NCBI GenBank assembly: GCA_018696595.1
Contig: JABHQW010000003.1
Coordinates: 32,001-96,000 of the forward strand
DNA length: 64,000 nucleotides
Source of the DNA: Candidatus Woesearchaeota archaeon
GTDB lineage: Archaea; Nanobdellota; Nanobdellia; Woesearchaeales; GW2011-AR9
Direction of reading: 5' to 3'
In this document: positions 61,546 through 64,000 of the stretch, in pieces
Numbering within the stretch: position 1 is the first letter of the stretch
Layout: the number at the start of each line of letters is the position of its first letter
The notes under the pieces: generated by a model
Told to the model about the DNA's origin: nothing
The model's input: only the letters and a program-made list of their open reading frames with translations
Databases searched by the model: none
Translations under genes and position numbers: made by a program

Positions 61546-64000
61546 ATGGAAAAAGTTACAGAAAAAATAAACAGAACTCATCCCTTACTTGAAGAGCTAA
61601 GTGAAAAACAACAAGGCGCAGTTCTAAATCAAAATAATAGATTGCTTGTTTTAGCCGGCGCTGGTTCTGGTAAAACAAAAACTTTAATTCAAAGGATTAT
61701 ATATCTTATGTTTGAAAGTCAAGTTAAATCAAAAAATATTCTTGCAATTACATTTACAAAAAATGCAGCAAATGAAATGACTGATCGATTAATTTTAGCT
61801 GCTGATAATTCGGGTAATTATCGAAAAATAATCTTTAATAAAAAAGTATCTAAAGCACAAAAAGATAACACAAGACAAGAATATCTTAGAAAGTATCCTT
61901 GGATTAGAAATATTACTGTAAAGACTTTTCATAGTTTATGTTATTCTATTATGAGAAATCATGGAAATCCTGAATTTGATAATAAATTCAAGTTATTAAT
62001 TGATAAAATTGACGAAGAAGATATTGAAAATAGGCATAAAGCGAAAGAAACACAAAGTGAAATAATTAAAGATATAATTGTAAAAAAATGTGAAGACATT
62101 GAATTCTTGTTAACTCTTAAAAGATATATTCTTGATTTTTATGTAGATAAATTAAAAACTTATCAAAACAAACCTGGTTTTGTTGATTATAAAAAACCTT
62201 TTACAACTTTAAAAGGTGAGAAAGTTAGATCAAAATCTGAAAGATATATTGCTGATTGGTGTTATAGGCATAATATTGATTATGTCTATGAACCTACAAT
62301 CAATCTAAAAGATTTTGATTTTAGGCCAGATTTTTTTATTCCAGAGATTAATACTTATATTGAACATGTTAGTAATTTAAGCAAAGGGATGAAAAATAAA
62401 GAAGAACAATTTAAGTTAACAAATCATACTTTATTCAAAACTTACGAACATATGACACTTGATATAAATAAATTCTACGAAGCTCTTGACAGAATCGTTT
62501 TTGGAAAAATTGATAAGAAAATATCAAGAATGACTGCATTAAGATTCGAAGAAGAATTTAGTGGTTATCACGATAAATTAATTCCTTATACACATTATGT
62601 AAAAAGTGCAATTGATAAAATTAAAGTCTCTAATTACAACATTACGGAAATAATGAAAACTGCTTCAGGAAACCCCCATGACCGGGTTAAAGTATTTTAC
62701 GAATTATTCCAACCTATTTTTGAAGAATATACTAAGTATTGTACTAAAATGTCTTACTTAGATTTTAATGATTTATTAATTAGATCAGTCCAACTTTTGA
62801 ATAATAATAAAGAAGTAAAAACATATTATCAAAAGTTATTCCAACATGTTTTAGTGGATGAGTTCCAAGATGTAAATAACATTCAAGTTCAACTATTAAA
62901 TGAACTTATTAACGGAGGAACTCAGTTGTTTTGTGTGGGAGATGATTGGCAAAGTATATACGGTTTTAGAGGTTCTGAAGTTGAATACATTGTTAATTTT
63001 AAAAAATATTTTCCTGGTTCTGAGATTGTTAAGTTAAATATTAATTATAGAAGTAATGACGTTATTGTAAATGCAAGTAATGAAGTTATTAAAAAAAACA
63101 AATTTAAATTAGATAAAGAAATTAGGTCATTAAACTCATCTGGGAAAAAAATATATCTTTATTGTTCAAAGCGTGAAGAAGAAGATGGTGTTGAAACAGT
63201 TGTTAAAAAAGTTAAACAACTTTATGAAGCAGGTTATAGTAGAGAAGATATTTTAATACTTTATAGAAGAAGTGGAATATATGGGCCTTACTTCCAAAGA
63301 TTTAGAGAATTAGGCATTAAAGTTCAAGCTAAAACCATACATGCTTCAAAAGGCCTAGAAGCAAAAATTGTTTTCATCATAGGTCTTAAAGATGGGTGGG
63401 GCGGATTTCCAAATGTTTGGGAAGATGACCTTATTTTTCAAATTATTAAGAAAACCAACTATGAGTTATTAATGGAAGAAGAAAGAAGACTTTTCTATGT
63501 TGCATTAACTAGAGCAAAAGATGAATTATTTCTAATTTCAGAACAGGGAAATGAATCTATTTTTGTTGAAGATATACCTGGCGAATTTGTTGACAGAGAA
63601 AACTTTCTAATATTAAACATAGAAAAACCTAAAACAAACATTTGTAAATCATGTAATGAAGAATTAAAAATAATCTTTAATTACTGCCCACATTGTGGAA
63701 AAGAAATTATTGAAGAGATTGATAAAAAAGTAGAAACTAAAACGTTTAATACTAAAAAGTTAAAAGAAATCAAACAAGAACACCCTATGGCTTATGAATT
63801 ATGGGATGAAAAACAAGAAGAAATGTTAATAGAATTATTTGACAAGAAAAAGTCTGTTTCCGAGATTTCTGAGATGATGCAAAGAAAACCAGGAGGGATA
63901 AAAGCTAGATTAATAAAATTAGGCTTAATAGAATCCAATAACTCAGAATTAAAAACTGTGAAAAATAAGATTGTAAATGATTTAACTAAAGTAGAATTTA
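61546..64000 (+). CDS. UvrD/helicase IV-like SF1 helicase with an inserted PD-(D/E)xK-like domain, 3' truncated and absent from the ORF track
   Basis: Manual translation gives LAGAGSGKT, LAITFT, LVDEFQD, VGDDWQSIYGFRG, NYRS, TIHASKGLE and EERRLFYVALTRAK. Insert RSKSE...YEP...PDF...YIEH. No stop found in the stretches translated, and the frame is consistent at both ends. Confidence 0.9.
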   Translation, partial: MEKVTEKINRTHPLLEELSEKQQGAVLNQNNRLLVLAGAGSGKTKTLIQRIIYLMFESQVKSKNILAITFTKNAANEMTDRLILAADNSGNYRKIIFNKKVSKAQKDNTRQEYLRKYPWIRNITVKTFHSLCYSIMRNHGNPEFDNKFKLLIDKIDEEDIENRHKAKETQSEIIKDIIVKKCEDIEFLLTLKRYILDFYVDKLKTYQNKPGFVDYKKPFTTLKGEKVRSKSERYIADWCYRHNIDYVYEPTINLKDFDFRPDFFIPEINTYIEHVSNLSKGMKNKEEQFKLTNHTLFKTYEHMTLDINKFYEALDRIVFGKIDKKISRMTALRFEEEFSGYHDKLIPYTHYVKSAIDKIKVSNYNITEIMKTASGNPHDRVKVFYELFQPIFEEYTKYCTKMSYLDFNDLLIRSVQLLNNNKEVKTYYQKLFQHVLVDEFQDVNNIQVQLLNELINGGTQLFCVGDDWQSIYGFRGSEVEYIVNFKKYFPGSEIVKLNINYRSNDVIVNASNEVIKKNKFKLDKEIRSLNSSGKKIYLYCSKREEEDGVETVVKKVKQLYEAGYSREDILILYRRSGIYGPYFQRFRELGIKVQAKTIHASKGLEAKIVFIIGLKDGWGGFPNVWEDDLIFQIIKKTNYELLMEEERRLFYVALTRAKDELFLISEQGNESIFVEDIPGEFVDRENFLILNIEKPKTNICKSCNEELKIIFNYCPHCGKEIIEEIDKKVETKTFNTKKLKEIKQEHPMAYELWDEKQEEMLIELFDKKKSVSEISEMMQRKPGGIKARLIKLGLIESNNSELKTVKNKIVNDLTKVEF

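Noticed and set aside
1-64000. CRISPR array, rRNA, IS transposase or stop-codon reassignment
   Set aside because: No regularly spaced repeats, rRNA-like segment or transposase motifs were seen, and conserved genes end normally at TAA, TAG and TGA.
57616-64000. Defined provirus or integrative element at the right end
   Set aside because: No capsid, replication initiator, conjugation genes or tRNA-linked att pair were seen. The components are reported separately.

Overview
An AT-rich archaeal chromosome segment, most consistent with a DPANN/Woesearchaeota-type organism. The evidence is a fused PriS-PriL primase, an archaeal S13-S4-S11-RpoD-L18e-L13-S9-RpoN operon, GINS, PAC2, a histone-fold gene, intron-containing tRNAs and TATA-proximal leaderless genes. 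Core genes are interleaved with many ORFans. The main unusual elements are: (1) a translationally coupled kinase-HAD-CysQ/HAD-kinase-kinase operon whose last two kinases share a 436-bp, ~95% identical C-lobe behind unrelated N-termini; (2) a divergent DIT1/PvcA isocyanide-synthase homologue between two Lrp/AsnC regulators, with a recurring 13-bp CG[GT]AA-N3-WTCCG motif that also precedes the kinase operon; (3) a tRNA-Met(CAT) with three introns and a tRNA-Ser(GGA) with two; (4) long structured leaders before rps13 (pseudoknot topology) and rpl11; (5) a 74-nt GC-rich cloverleaf/MITE-like element; (6) a CBS+HPF-like putative hibernation factor; (7) large adhesin-like surface proteins; (8) a short tyrosine recombinase, HerA-like ATPase and helicase-nuclease near the right end. 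Two genes missing from the ORF track were found: a 58-aa histone-fold protein and a 3'-truncated UvrD-like helicase. No CRISPR array, rRNA, transposase or reverse transcriptase was recognised. All calls are by-eye motif recognition; no database searches were run.
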